Positions 9,061-20,702 of a DNA stretch of 64,000 nucleotides are shown one piece after another. The stretch lies in assembly GCA_963845565.1 (NCBI GenBank), contig CAWJSJ010000002.1, positions 896,001 to 960,000 of the forward strand, in the 5' to 3' direction. Each line of letters begins with the position of its first letter. Within the stretch, counting starts at the first letter, position 1. The translations under genes were made by a program, and so were the position numbers. This DNA is from an uncultured Methylomirabilota bacterium (GTDB taxonomy: Bacteria; Methylomirabilota; Methylomirabilia; Methylomirabilales; 2-02-FULL-66-22). A model generated the notes under the pieces. The model had not been told where the DNA came from. It saw nothing but the letters and a program-made list of their open reading frames with translations, and made no database searches.

Positions 9061-10404
9061 ATGAAGACGATCGTGATCGGGGCGGGTGAGGTCGGCTACC
9101 ATATCGCGGAACGGCTGAGCCGCGAAGGGCATGACGTGGTGGTCATCGAGCAGGATCCGGCAATCCGGGCACGCGTCCAGGACGAACTCGATGTCATGAC
9201 CGTTGAGGGGAATGGGTCCTCGCCCAGGGTCCTGGAGGAGGCGGGAGTCCGCGAGGCACACATCCTCATCGCCGTCGCCGACATCGACGAGGTGAACGTG
9301 ACCGCGTGCATCCTAGCCAAGGAGTACGGCGTTGCCACGCGGATCGCGAGAGTGCGGGATCCCGATTTCAGCGAAAGCGAATTCCTGGGCCGCGGCAAGC
9401 GACTCGGCATTGATCTCCTCATCAATCCCAACATCGTGGTCGCCGAGGAGATCCTCGACCTGGTGAAGACCCCAGCGGCTGCTGAAGTCGGCAAGTTTGC
9501 GGAGGGGAAGGTCCGCATGCTGGGGATTCAGCTCCCCGCGAGGGCGCCGATCCTCGACCGGCCGCTGCGCTCCCTCAGAACATTTCACTCCACGACCCCC
9601 TTCCTGATCGTTGCCGTCATGCGCGACGGGAAGCTCATCGTGCCGGATGGCGAGACGACGCTCCAGGAAGGTGACCACATCTACTTCGTGAGCAAGCGAG
9701 AGTCGGTGAACGCCATCCTGACTCTCCTTGGGAAGAAGGAGAGCATCGTCGAACGGGTGATGGTCATCGGGGGAGGACGGATGGGCCTTCGGGTTGCGCA
9801 GATGCTGGAAGCGGAGCATTTTAAGGTGAAGCTCATGGAGCAGCGACAGGATCGCTGCGAGGAGCTGTCCGAGCTTTTGAAGGATACCCTGATCCTGCAC
9901 GGCGACGGTACGGATGTTCGCACCTTGCTCGAGGAGGGGATCGCCGAGATGGACGCGGTGGTCACCGTCACGGATGACGAGGCCACCAACATTCTGGCCG
10001 CGTTGTTGGCCAAGGAGCAGGGCGCGAAGAAGGTCATGGCCCTCATCAAGCGGCCGCAGTTGCTTCACCTCCTGCCCCATCTGGGGATCGACGCCGCCGT
10101 CAGTCCGCGGACTCTCACGGCGAACGTCATTCTGAAGTACGTTCGAAAGGGAAAGGTCCTGTCCATATTCGAGATGCCGGAGAGCGATGCCGAGACGCTG
10201 GAGATGATGGTGACCCCCCAGTCACGGGTCGCCGGCAAGGCGATCCGGGACGCAGGCCTGCCCTCGGGGGCAATCGTCGGTGCGGTCGTCCACCAGGGTG
10301 AGATCGTGATCCCGCGTGGGGACACCGTCTTCCGACCCGACGATCATGTGGTCATCTTCGCCATTCCATCCGCCATTCCCGAACTCGAAAAACATTTTGC
10401 CTGA
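9061..10404 (+). CDS. trkA: Trk system K+ uptake protein TrkA (tandem RCK)
   Basis: 447 aa with two Rossmann motifs (IGAGEVG and IGGGRMG) and two RCK_C domains. Confidence 0.95.
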   Translation: MKTIVIGAGEVGYHIAERLSREGHDVVVIEQDPAIRARVQDELDVMTVEGNGSSPRVLEEAGVREAHILIAVADIDEVNVTACILAKEYGVATRIARVRDPDFSESEFLGRGKRLGIDLLINPNIVVAEEILDLVKTPAAAEVGKFAEGKVRMLGIQLPARAPILDRPLRSLRTFHSTTPFLIVAVMRDGKLIVPDGETTLQEGDHIYFVSKRESVNAILTLLGKKESIVERVMVIGGGRMGLRVAQMLEAEHFKVKLMEQRQDRCEELSELLKDTLILHGDGTDVRTLLEEGIAEMDAVVTVTDDEATNILAALLAKEQGAKKVMALIKRPQLLHLLPHLGIDAAVSPRTLTANVILKYVRKGKVLSIFEMPESDAETLEMMVTPQSRVAGKAIRDAGLPSGAIVGAVVHQGEIVIPRGDTVFRPDDHVVIFAIPSAIPELEKHFA

Positions 10405-10419
10405 CGCGAGGGGCATCCC

Positions 10420-11873
10420 ATGGTGCGATTTGGCCTGGTGCTGAATCGAACGTCAATGGTCCTGGTGTGCATCGTTCCCTTCATGCTGACGGCGATCCCC
10501 TTCTCCCTCTACTACCGGACCGACGACATTCCGGCAATCCTCCTGGCCGCCGGGGCCACACTGATCGCCAGCCTTGCAATGTACTTCCTGACCTCCAAGG
10601 AGGGAGAGGCCAATCACAAAGAAGGTATCCTCATCACGACCCTGGGCTGGATCCTGGCCGCCGGATTCGGGGCGTTGCCGTTTTACTTCTACGGAACGTT
10701 CCCGACCTACACCGACTGCTACTTCGAGGCGATGTCAGGGTTTACCACGACGGGAGCCAGCGTGCTCGCCGAGATCGAGAAGCAGCCGGCGGGCATCCTG
10801 TTCTGGCGAAGCCTGACCCACTGGATTGGCGGCATGGGGATTGTGGTGCTCTCCCTGGCCATCCTGCCCGCCCTGGGCGCCGGGGGCATGCAGCTCTTCA
10901 AGGCAGAGGTGCCCGGGCCGACGGCCGACAAGCTGGTTCCTCGTCTGCGAGACACCGCCAAGCGGCTCTACGTGGTCTACACCATCATCTCGGCTGCGGA
11001 GGTGGTCTTTCTCCTGGCCGGCGGGATGTCTCTCTTCGACAGCCTGACCCACATGTTCGGGACCATGGGCACGGGAGGTTTCTCGCCGAAGAATGCCAGC
11101 GTCGGGTCACTACCAGAGCGCCTACGTCGATCTGGTCATCGCTGCCTTCATGTTTATCGCGGGGGCGAACTTCCTGCTTCACTACAACGCCATGGCCCGG
11201 CGGGATTTCAAGGCGTACCTCACGGACGAGGAATTCCGGTTCTACTCAGGCATCGTGGGCTTTTTCACGCTGACGGTCTCCCTGAACCTCCTGATCCAGA
11301 ACATCTACCCAACCCTTCTCCTCGCGTTGCGCCACTCCCTGTTTTCCGTGGTGTCCATCATCACCACCACGGGGTTTGCTACCGAGGATTTCGAGAAATG
11401 GCCGACCTATGGCCACTATGTCCTTCTGTTCTTGATGTTCGTGGGCGGCTGCGCGGGCTCAACCGGTGGAGCGTTCAAGTGCGTCCGGGTGTGGATGCTC
11501 TTGAAAGATCGCCGCGAACCAGGTGTTCCGGATCGTACACCCGAAAGCCGTGCGCACGATTCGCTACAACGGCCGTATCGTGCCGGCCGAGGTACTCTCT
11601 GGCACCCAGTCCATGTTCGTTCTCTACATGGCGGTCTTCATCTTGTCTTCGCTTTCCCTGGCCTGGCTGGGGCACGACGCCCTGACCGCCATCTCCGCGG
11701 TCGCCGCCACCCTCGGGAATGTGGGCCCTGGTTTGGGAACGGTGGGACCGGTGGACAATTACTCCCATTTCTCCTTGACGGCGAAGTGGATTTGTAGTTT
11801 CTCCATGCTCGTCGGTCGGCTGGAAGTGTACTCGGTGGTGGTGCTCTTCTTCCCGGAGTTCTGGCGGAAGTAG
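10420..11873 (+). CDS. trkH: TrkH K+ channel subunit (two apparent +1 frameshifts, ~11107 and ~11505)
   Basis: FEAMSGFTTTGAS, WIGGMGI, TTTGF, GGCAGSTGG, LGNVGPG and GRLE spread across ORFs 10420, 11093 and 11523. Confidence 0.9.
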
Positions 11874-11971
11874 AAGGAGGCGAGGAGGGGTCAGGGTGCG
11901 GGGTCGGGGCGCAGGGGAGCGAGGCGAGAGGGCGACCGGACGTAGCCGCGGGTCGGTTCGGGCATAACGAG

Positions 11972-11997
11972 GGCCTCGGAGGAATTCCTCCGAGGCC
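11972..11997. repeat. Perfect 26-bp palindrome between convergent trkH and kimA copy 2
   Basis: GGCCTCGGAGGAATTCCTCCGAGGCC, similar to 2534-2562. Confidence 0.75.
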
Positions 11998-12023
11998 GTT
12001 CGCGTTTCGGCAGATGCCGACGA

Positions 12024-13850
12024 CTATCGCTCTAGGTGATATGGGATGCTGATCGCGACCTTGCCGCGCCGGAACAGGAGAGCGGCCTTGATCAGGAGGG
12101 CCGTCTGGTTGTGGAGCAAATGCTGCCACCACTTGGCCGGGACGAATTCCGGTAGGATGATGGTCATGTAGTCGCCGTCCCGCTGTTTCTCCATCTGGTC
12201 GATGTAATGGAGGATCGGGCTGGATCACCGATCGGTACGGGGATTCCAGCACCACCAGGGGAACGTCGGGCGCCCATTCGCTCCAGTGCATCTGGAGGCG
12301 CGCCGTGCTGGTGGAGTCCAGATCCACCGTCAAGGCGGTCACGTTGGGCGACATCGCCCTGGCGTACGTCAGCGCGGCAATCACCCCGCGGTTCATTCCC
12401 GCAACTAGGACGACGACCGGATGCCGGCCGAGCTTCGGCGGCCGGTAGCCGTAGACGTCGATCTGGCGAGCCATTTCCACATAGTGGCGTCGGATGGTGT
12501 AGAACATCAGGACGAGCGCCGGGATCACGACGACGACCATCCAAGCGCCGTCGGTGAAGCGGGTGATGCCGACCACCACCCAGCACGATCGCGGTCACGA
12601 CGGCGCCGAGCAGGTTGATCGCCGCATGATGCACCCACCGCGGCTCGCGAAGGCGGCTCCACCGCCGAACCATCCCGAGCTGGGATAGGGTGAACGACAG
12701 GAACACCCCCAGGGCATAGAGCGGCAGCAGGGCATGGGTGTCCCCCTGGAAGGCGATCAGGAGCCCCATGGAGAGACCGGACAGGATGAGAATGCCGTTC
12801 GAGTACACGAGCCGGTCGCCAAGGCTCGCGAACTGACGGGGCAGGTATCCGTCCTTGGCAAGGAGCGAGGAGAGCATGGGGAATCCGGCGTAGCAGGTAT
12901 TGGCCGCCAGCAGGAGGATGACCATGGTCGACGCCTGCACCGCCAGGTAGAGCGGCCCCCGGCCGAGGATCTGGGCCGCGAGCTGCGAGACGAGCGTTTC
13001 GCCTTCGTGTGGGAAGAAGATTGAACGCGTCGATCAGGAAGGCCAGCCCCATGAACATGGAGCCCAGAAGCGCCGCCATCCAGATGAGTGTGATGCCGGC
13101 GTTTCGAGTTTCCGGGGGCCGAAAGGCCTGAACGCAGTTGGCGACGGCCTCGATACCCGTCAGGGCCGTGCATCCGGCGGCGAAGGCGCGGAGGATCAGG
13201 AAGGTGCTCAGGGGAATCAGGGTGGCGGATTGGAGCGGGGGCAGATCCGGGGTCGGCACCGCCCATCAAGAGATGGATCAGCCCGCCACCGATCACGATG
13301 GCGATGCCCACCGACGAACCAGTAGGTCGGCACGGCAAAGATCTGGGCGGTCTCCCGGATGCCCCGCAGGTTGACGACGCAGAGAAACGTCACACACAGA
13401 ATCCCTAGCCAGACGCGAGCCGGGTACAAGCTCGGGAATGCCGAGGTGATCGCCGCCACGCCGGCCGCCACGCTGACGGCCACCGTCAGGACATAGCCGA
13501 CGAGGAGCGAGGCGCCCGCCACGAGTCCCGGGAGCGTTCCCAGGTTTTCCTTGGCCACGGTGTACGCGCCGCCACCGCCCGGGTAGGCGTGAATCGTCTG
13601 CCAGTACGAGCGTGGAGACGACGGCGATGAGCATGGTGATGGCCAGGGCGATGGGGACCGAGAATGGACAGGGCAGCGGTCCCGCCAATGCCAAGAAGAT
13701 CCGGATTTCCTCGGGGCCGTAGGCGACGGAGGACAGGGCGTCCGAGCAGAAGATGGCCAGGGCAGCGACCTTGCCCAGACGTTCGTGCTTGGCCTGGGCG
13801 GTCGCCATGGGACTGCCGACAAAGAGGCGCTTCAGGGCGGTGATCATCAT
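12024..13850 (-). CDS. kimA: KimA/YdaO-like APC-family K+ permease, copy 2 (multiple apparent frameshifts)
   Basis: Fragments HERLGKVAALAIFCSDALSSVAYGPEE, SYWQTIHAYPGGGG, GCTALTGIEAVANCV, PRQFASLGDRLVYSNGI and LESPYRS. Ends ...ISIPYHLER* at 12024. Confidence 0.85.
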
Positions 13851-13859
13851 GACGAGAGC

Positions 13860-14525
13860 CTATGCGGGTCCGACGAGAGCGTTCTTCAGCGCCGGTTCCG
13901 CTTTCACGGTACTGACGGCGAGCACTTCGTCGCCGACCTGAAGGCTGGTATCGCCGCGCGGGATGACCAGTTTGCCATCCCGGATGATGCTGACGATCAC
14001 GGTGTCGGCGGGAAGCTGCAGCTCGCGGATGGCCTTGCCCAGGGCCGGCGACCCTTCGGGCAAACGCATCTCGACCAGTGCGGCCTCGCCGCGATTGAGC
14101 TTGAGCAGGGTGACCAATTCGCCCAGGCCGATCTCCTCCTCGATGACCTTGGCGGTCAGGTGCACCTGGCTGATGGCCACGTCCACGCCCCAGGCTTTGG
14201 TGTAGAGCCACTCATTCTGTGGGTTGTTCACCCGGGCGATGACCCGCGCCACCTTGAACTGATGCTTGGCCAGACGGCAGACGACCAGGTTGTCCTCGTC
14301 GGCGTGCAACATGGCAACGACCAGTTTGGCTTGCGCTGCACCCACCTGTTCGAGGATCTGGGGGCTACAGCCGTCTCCGCAGAGGACTTCGCCGTCAATT
14401 TCCTGGCGCAGCTTGGCCACGACGTCCGGCCGCCGGTCCACGACTTTGACCTGATATCCTTGGCCCTGAAGGTCCCGAGCGAGGTACGAGCCGCCGCGCC
14501 CGCCGCCAACGATGACTGCCAACAT
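13860..14525 (-). CDS. trkA: Single-RCK TrkA-family protein (CeoC-like)
   Basis: VIVGGGRGG, DEDNL, ARVNNPQNEWLYTKAWGVDVAIS and an RCK_C PRGDT motif. Confidence 0.9.
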   Translation of the reverse strand: MLAVIVGGGRGGSYLARDLQGQGYQVKVVDRRPDVVAKLRQEIDGEVLCGDGCSPQILEQVGAAQAKLVVAMLHADEDNLVVCRLAKHQFKVARVIARVNNPQNEWLYTKAWGVDVAISQVHLTAKVIEEEIGLGELVTLLKLNRGEAALVEMRLPEGSPALGKAIRELQLPADTVIVSIIRDGKLVIPRGDTSLQVGDEVLAVSTVKAEPALKNALVGPA

Positions 14526-14541
14526 GGAACCCTCCTCGCCG

Positions 14542-15189
14542 TCAATGGGCGATCAGCTTCTCGATCGTGGGCAGGACCGACACCAGCGCCGTGATGTGCA
14601 GCTGGTCGCCAAGCTCCAGCTTCGTCTCCGCCGACGGGATCAAAGCCTGGCCCCGCCGGACCAGCGCGCCGACGACGATCTCGCCGGGTTTCGCCAGGTC
14701 CGCCACCGTCCGGCCCACCAATCCCTTGGGGACATCGAGACGCACCGATTCCACCTCGCCGCTTCCCAGCGTTGCCGTCGCGGACAGCGACGCCGTGACG
14801 AGCATGGTCTTCATGGTGTTGGCCGCCCACAGGGTCGGGGTGACCGTCGGGATGCCCTCGCGGCGATAGATCTCGGCAGCCTGCGGGTTGTAGATGCGCG
14901 CCACGACGTGGGGAACCTTGAAGGTCTCCTTGGCGGTCACCGCGACCACGATATTCACGTTATCGCTGTCCGTCGTCGCCGCCAGGGCGTCCGCGCTTTC
15001 TATGTCGGCCTTCTGCAGCATCTCCCGGTCGAACCCAATACCCGTGAGCATTCGACCGGTGAATTCGCGCGATAATCGCGAGAATGAGGCGGGGGTCTTG
15101 TCGATGACCACCACCTCGTGCCGCTCGGCAGACAGGGTGTTGGCCAGATCGGATCCCACGCGCCCGCACCCGACGATGATGACTCGCAT
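14542..15189 (-). CDS. trkA: Single-RCK TrkA-family protein (CeoB-like)
   Basis: MRVIIVGCGRVGS, GIGFDREML, DNVNI and VVARIYNP..AEIYRREGIPTV. GGAGG RBS. Confidence 0.9.
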   Translation of the reverse strand: MRVIIVGCGRVGSDLANTLSAERHEVVVIDKTPASFSRLSREFTGRMLTGIGFDREMLQKADIESADALAATTDSDNVNIVVAVTAKETFKVPHVVARIYNPQAAEIYRREGIPTVTPTLWAANTMKTMLVTASLSATATLGSGEVESVRLDVPKGLVGRTVADLAKPGEIVVGALVRRGQALIPSAETKLELGDQLHITALVSVLPTIEKLIAH

Positions 15190-15277
15190 TCCAAACCTCC
15201 TCGTGCGCCGAGCACGAAACGGGTCGTGGAGTGCCGCGTTGGCTCTTCGCTCCCCGGAGCCCGAAAACTGGCGGCGT

Positions 15278-15306
15278 ATGCTACGACTGAGGCTGCCGTC
15301 TGTCAA
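15278..15306 (-). promoter_or_regulatory. sigma70 promoter TTGACA-N17-TAGCAT for the trkA-trkA-kimA operon
   Basis: tgtcaa at 15301-15306 and atgcta at 15278-15283. Confidence 0.6.
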
Positions 15307-15362
15307 GCGGGTAGGGCGGCGGGGCAGCTCTCAGCAACCGGCGACGTTCTGGTGCCTATCGG

Positions 15363-16034
15363 TCAGGACTCGCTGTCATTGGTGGGTGGTGGCGTGAGCG
15401 CCGACGGCGCGGCCGCGTCCGGCCGCTGACCGGGCGTGACGGCTTCGGCAAACCGTTGGAACTCGGCCAGGCCGGCCGCGTACCGGACGTACAGCGCGAT
15501 GAAGATGCCCAGCCCGATCACGGGCGTCCCGACGATGAAGACCGGGGAGAAAATATGCCACCCCTGCATGCGCACGATCTTGACCACGAACCAGACCAGA
15601 AATACCAGGAGGACGATCGCCAGGTTTCCAGACGTCTTCGCCGGCGTCAAGAGGGTCGCCCGGGCGTGCCGATACAGGGCGTACCGTGTCTCGGGGGCGT
15701 CGGGGGGGAGGAGGGCCTGCAGCAACGTTGGCAGGTGGGGAAACGTCGTCCGGCGGGCCGCGCGCGCCCGCGGGATGCCGAGCCAGCGCTCCGCGAGCAC
15801 CTCGCGCACCGCATCGATCACCAGGCCCACGGGGAAGGCCATGAGCACGGCCGAGATCAGGAAGTCCGTGTACAGCCCGTCGCCGCCCAGGATCTCTTGC
15901 ATGAGGGTCGTGTAGTACGAGCCGTCCTCGTGGTAGATCTCGTACATCACGGCCCACCCCGCGCACAGCACGAAGCCCGGAACTGCCTGCGCAAGGAGGA
16001 GCTCGTCCAGCAAGAACGCGCGGAACCGCCGCAT
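15363..16034 (-). CDS. Hypothetical integral membrane protein (~4 TM)
   Basis: 223-aa ORF with several hydrophobic helices. Its start overlaps the stop of the upstream small ORF. Confidence 0.7.
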   Translation of the reverse strand: MRRFRAFLLDELLLAQAVPGFVLCAGWAVMYEIYHEDGSYYTTLMQEILGGDGLYTDFLISAVLMAFPVGLVIDAVREVLAERWLGIPRARAARRTTFPHLPTLLQALLPPDAPETRYALYRHARATLLTPAKTSGNLAIVLLVFLVWFVVKIVRMQGWHIFSPVFIVGTPVIGLGIFIALYVRYAAGLAEFQRFAEAVTPGQRPDAAAPSALTPPPTNDSES

Positions 16035-16306
16035 CAGTCTCGTACCTCCGTGGGTGGGGCCGTTGGAACGTCCATGAGGATCAGTTCCCAGCCGTCGTGG
16101 TGGTCGTCCCGACGCAGGATGTACCGGATTCCATCCTCACCGGTGACCTTGAAATAGGCGTGATCTTCGCCGAGCCAGCGGTCCAGGATTTCCCGAACGG
16201 CGATTCGACGCTCCTGCAGCCAGAAGGCCTCGGGCCGCTCATCCGCCCGGTACCCTGAATGGCATTCCACGCGAAGCGGAATCGGGACGCCCCCTGCCAT
16301 TCCCAC
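16034..16306 (-). CDS. Conserved small hypothetical protein
   Basis: RVECHSGYRADERP..F..RW.GEDHAYFKV.GEDG.RYILR pattern, recognisable as a widespread uncharacterised family. Confidence 0.7.
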   Translation of the reverse strand: MGMAGGVPIPLRVECHSGYRADERPEAFWLQERRIAVREILDRWLGEDHAYFKVTGEDGIRYILRRDDHHDGWELILMDVPTAPPTEVRD

Positions 16307-16394
16307 CCCTCCGGCCGCACTCTACCACCGTGCTTCCGGGCGGTCAATGCACGGTGGACGGAACTGGCGTGGCCCAGAGGCGGCACCACACAGG

Positions 16395-16836
16395 TCAGCG
16401 GAACGCCCAGCCGGCCGCGAAGGGGAGCGCCACGGCGAGGGCCAGGCCGAGCCAGACGGCGCCCGCAATCCGCCGAAGAGACCGGGCCGCACGGTCACGG
16501 ACCTGCCGCTCCATCTCCCCGAGCAGTGCCTCCCTCCCCGCCCCGATCTGGAACGCTCGGAGCAATGGTTTCGTTTCCAAGCGAACCCCGAAAGGCCATC
16601 AACACGCCCCCACAGAGCCCTGCGGCCGGCAGCAGGACCCTCGCCACGCCGAGTGCAACCTCGCGGTGGCTTCCGCCCTGCCAGGCGCCACCCAGCAGCC
16701 AGAGGATTCCGAAGAACGCCCCATGCACGAGTAGCACGGCCAGGACGAGGCGGATGCCCATCCGACGACGCACGCCCCGCCACAACTCCTGACTTCCCTC
16801 GCGAACGCGGCCCAGGAGTGCATCGCCAAGTGTCAT
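16395..16836 (-). CDS. Hypothetical membrane protein (one apparent frameshift ~16578)
   Basis: ORF 16495-16836 (2 TM) appears to continue in ORF 16395-16580 (C-terminal TM). Confidence 0.5.
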
Positions 16837-16877
16837 GGAAGCCCCTGTCGCCTCGGGTGCCGGTGGTCCTGCAAATG

Positions 16878-16912
16878 AAAACCCCCGGGCGGGGTCGCCG
16901 CCCGGGGGTTCT
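16878..16912 (-). terminator. Rho-independent terminator of groEL
   Basis: AACCCCCGGGCGG / CCGCCCGGGGGTT stem with a U-tract on the minus strand. Confidence 0.75.
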
Positions 16913-16938
16913 ATACCCGCGGAACCGCGTGCGGGTCA

Positions 16939-18624
<1,686 letters not shown>

Positions 18625-18680
18625 TCAATAGATTGGGATGCATCCACCCGGTACGTTCGTGTCTGAAGTCTGCTCGAGGG

Positions 18681-18971
18681 TTACTGCAGGATGCCGAGGA
18701 CGTCCTCCTCGCGCATGATCAGGTACTCCTCGTCGCCCAGCTTCACTTCGCTCCCCGAGTACTTCCCGAAGAGGATCTTGTCGCCCACCTTCACCCCCAT
18801 CGGCTGCAACTTCCCGTCGTCCGTCACCTTGCCCGGGCCCACGGCGATGACTTCGCCCTCCTGCGGCTTCTCCTTGGCGGTATCCGGGATGATGATGCCG
18901 CCCTTCTTGGTCTCTTTCTCCTCCAGGCGCTTGACCAGGATCCGGTCCTGCAACGGCTTGAATTTCTTCAT
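18681..18971 (-). CDS. groES: Co-chaperonin GroES
   Basis: [41 protein letters not shown]. Confidence 0.97.
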   Translation of the reverse strand: MKKFKPLQDRILVKRLEEKETKKGGIIIPDTAKEKPQEGEVIAVGPGKVTDDGKLQPMGVKVGDKILFGKYSGSEVKLGDEEYLIMREEDVLGILQ

Positions 18972-19174
18972 CGCGCTTCGCTCCTTTCGGGTTGATCGGG
19001 ACACCAGTCCGTTTGACTTGAAACGCCATCCCCGCGAGCGGGGCGAGACAGACCCGACAGGGGCTGCCGCATCGGCACGCCACTCAGGTCCGTCTCAACC
19101 ACAATCAGTTATCGGTGTTGGGTCTTCTTCGACTCGTCCGGTGGGTATTAGAAACCCCAACCTGTTTCTGACTA

Positions 19175-19201
19175 TTAGCACTCATCATCAGAGAGTGCTG
19201 A
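19175..19201. promoter_or_regulatory. CIRCE element (HrcA operator)
   Basis: TTAGCACTC-ATCATCAGA-GAGTGCTGA, one mismatch to TTAGCACTC-N9-GAGTGCTAA, upstream of groES. Confidence 0.93.
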
Positions 19202-19210
19202 CAACTACGG

Positions 19211-19239
19211 AATCTAATTCAACGAGCGAAGGTTTGCAA
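19211..19239 (-). promoter_or_regulatory. sigma70 promoter of groESL (TTGCAA-N17-TAGATT)
   Basis: Immediately upstream of CIRCE. Confidence 0.7.
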
Positions 19240-19437
19240 GAGAAAAATTTCTCCATGAGCATGACTCCTCATCCGTGGTAGGCATTGGATGGGATATATT
19301 TCGATATTTCTCTGTATTCTTGCGTAATGTCTCGTTTTACGGGTTTCATCGCCTGGTCGTCGACCAGCACATCTCCGGCCCGAACCATTTGCCACGACGC
19401 GAGTTTCTTGATATCGTGAAACTGGGAGACGAGACGG

Positions 19438-20599
19438 ATGCCAGAGCCGACGCAGACCGACGCGCGCAGAAATCGACCTGAGCGCCATCGCCGCCAACGT
19501 GCGAGTGGCGTGCGGCCTGGCCGGACCCGGCAGGGCCGTGATGGCGGTGGTCAAGGCGGACGCCTACGGCCACGGGGCCATTCCGGTCGCGGGTGTCGCC
19601 CTCCGGGCCGGGGCGACGTGGCTAGGTGTGGCGACCCCGGAAGAGGCGGCGGCGCTTCGCGCTGCGGGCATTACGGCGCGCATCCTGGTCCTCGGCCCCA
19701 TCGCACCCGAACAGGCGGCACTCGTCGCGCGTCACGACCTGGACCAGTGCGTGTCCGATCCCGTGCAGGCCGAGGCCCTGAGTCGAACGGCCGTATCGGC
19801 CGGGCGCACGCTCCGACTCCACCTGAAGGTGGACACCGGGATGGGGCGCGTCGGCGTGTCCCCGCGAGACGTTCGCCCGGCGGCCGAGCGCATCGCGCGA
19901 CTCCCGGCGGTTCGCCTGGCGGGACTCATGACCCACTTCGCCGAGTCCGACGCCGCCGATCCGGGGTTCACAGAGGAGCAGTTGGCGCGGTTCGCGCGTG
20001 CCACCGACGACCTGCGCGCCGCGGGTGTGGCCATTCCGATCCGCCACGCCGCCAACAGCGCGGCACTGTTCCATCACCCGGCCGCCCGGCTGGACATGGT
20101 CCGGCCGGGTATCATGCTGTACGGGTGTCATCCCTGCGACCGCCGCCGCCCGGACGACCCGCCACTCGTGCCCGCGCTCCGGTTCCGGACGGTGGTCAGC
20201 CACCTGAAGGACCTCCCCGCCGGGGGCAGTGTGAGTTACGGGCGAACCTTCGTGGCACCGCGCGATCTCCGGATCGCCACGCTCGCGGTCGGGTACGCCG
20301 ATGGACTCGCGCGCCTGCTCTCCGGGCGAGGGCAGGTCTTGATCCGAGGCCGGCGCGCTCCCATCGTGGGTCGCGTGTGCATGGACATGACCATGGTGGA
20401 CGTGACGCACGTCGCCGAGGCGCGCGTCGGCGACGAGGCCGTGTTGCTCGGCCGGCAGGGGGCCGAGGAGATCTCGGCCGACGCGATCGCCGAACTCACC
20501 GGCACGATCAGCTACGAGGTCTTCTGCCGCATCGGTGCGCGGGTTCCGCGGGTCTACCGCGCCGCGGATTTCCCGCAGACTTCCGGCGAACCTTCTTGA
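19438..20599 (+). CDS. alr: Alanine racemase (probable frameshift in the first codons)
   Basis: AVVKADAYGHG, HLKVDTGMGR, GYADG and GRVCMD. The conserved RPTRAEIDL lies upstream of GTG 19499 and the only nearby ATG (19438) is out of frame. Confidence 0.92.
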
Positions 20600-20625
20600 C
20601 AAGCCCGACGCGCCAAAACTATAGT
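20596..20625 (+). promoter_or_regulatory. sigma70 promoter TTGACA-N18-TATAGT
   Basis: Overlaps the alr stop, upstream of 20703. Confidence 0.55.
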
Positions 20626-20702
20626 GCCCTCGGGCGTCGGCGGAGGCGCCGTTCCGAGCCTGCGCAGGCGATCGCGAGCGCACGCGACGGGAGGATGGGC
20701 CC

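Noticed and set aside
15190..15362. c-di-AMP (ydaO) riboswitch upstream of the kimA operons (also 4400-4505)
   Set aside because: The leaders are short and I could not find the conserved motif blocks. An Infernal scan would be decisive.
19240..19430. AT-rich patch as foreign DNA
   Set aside because: Short, and lies between the divergent groES and alr promoters, so ordinary regulatory DNA is likelier.
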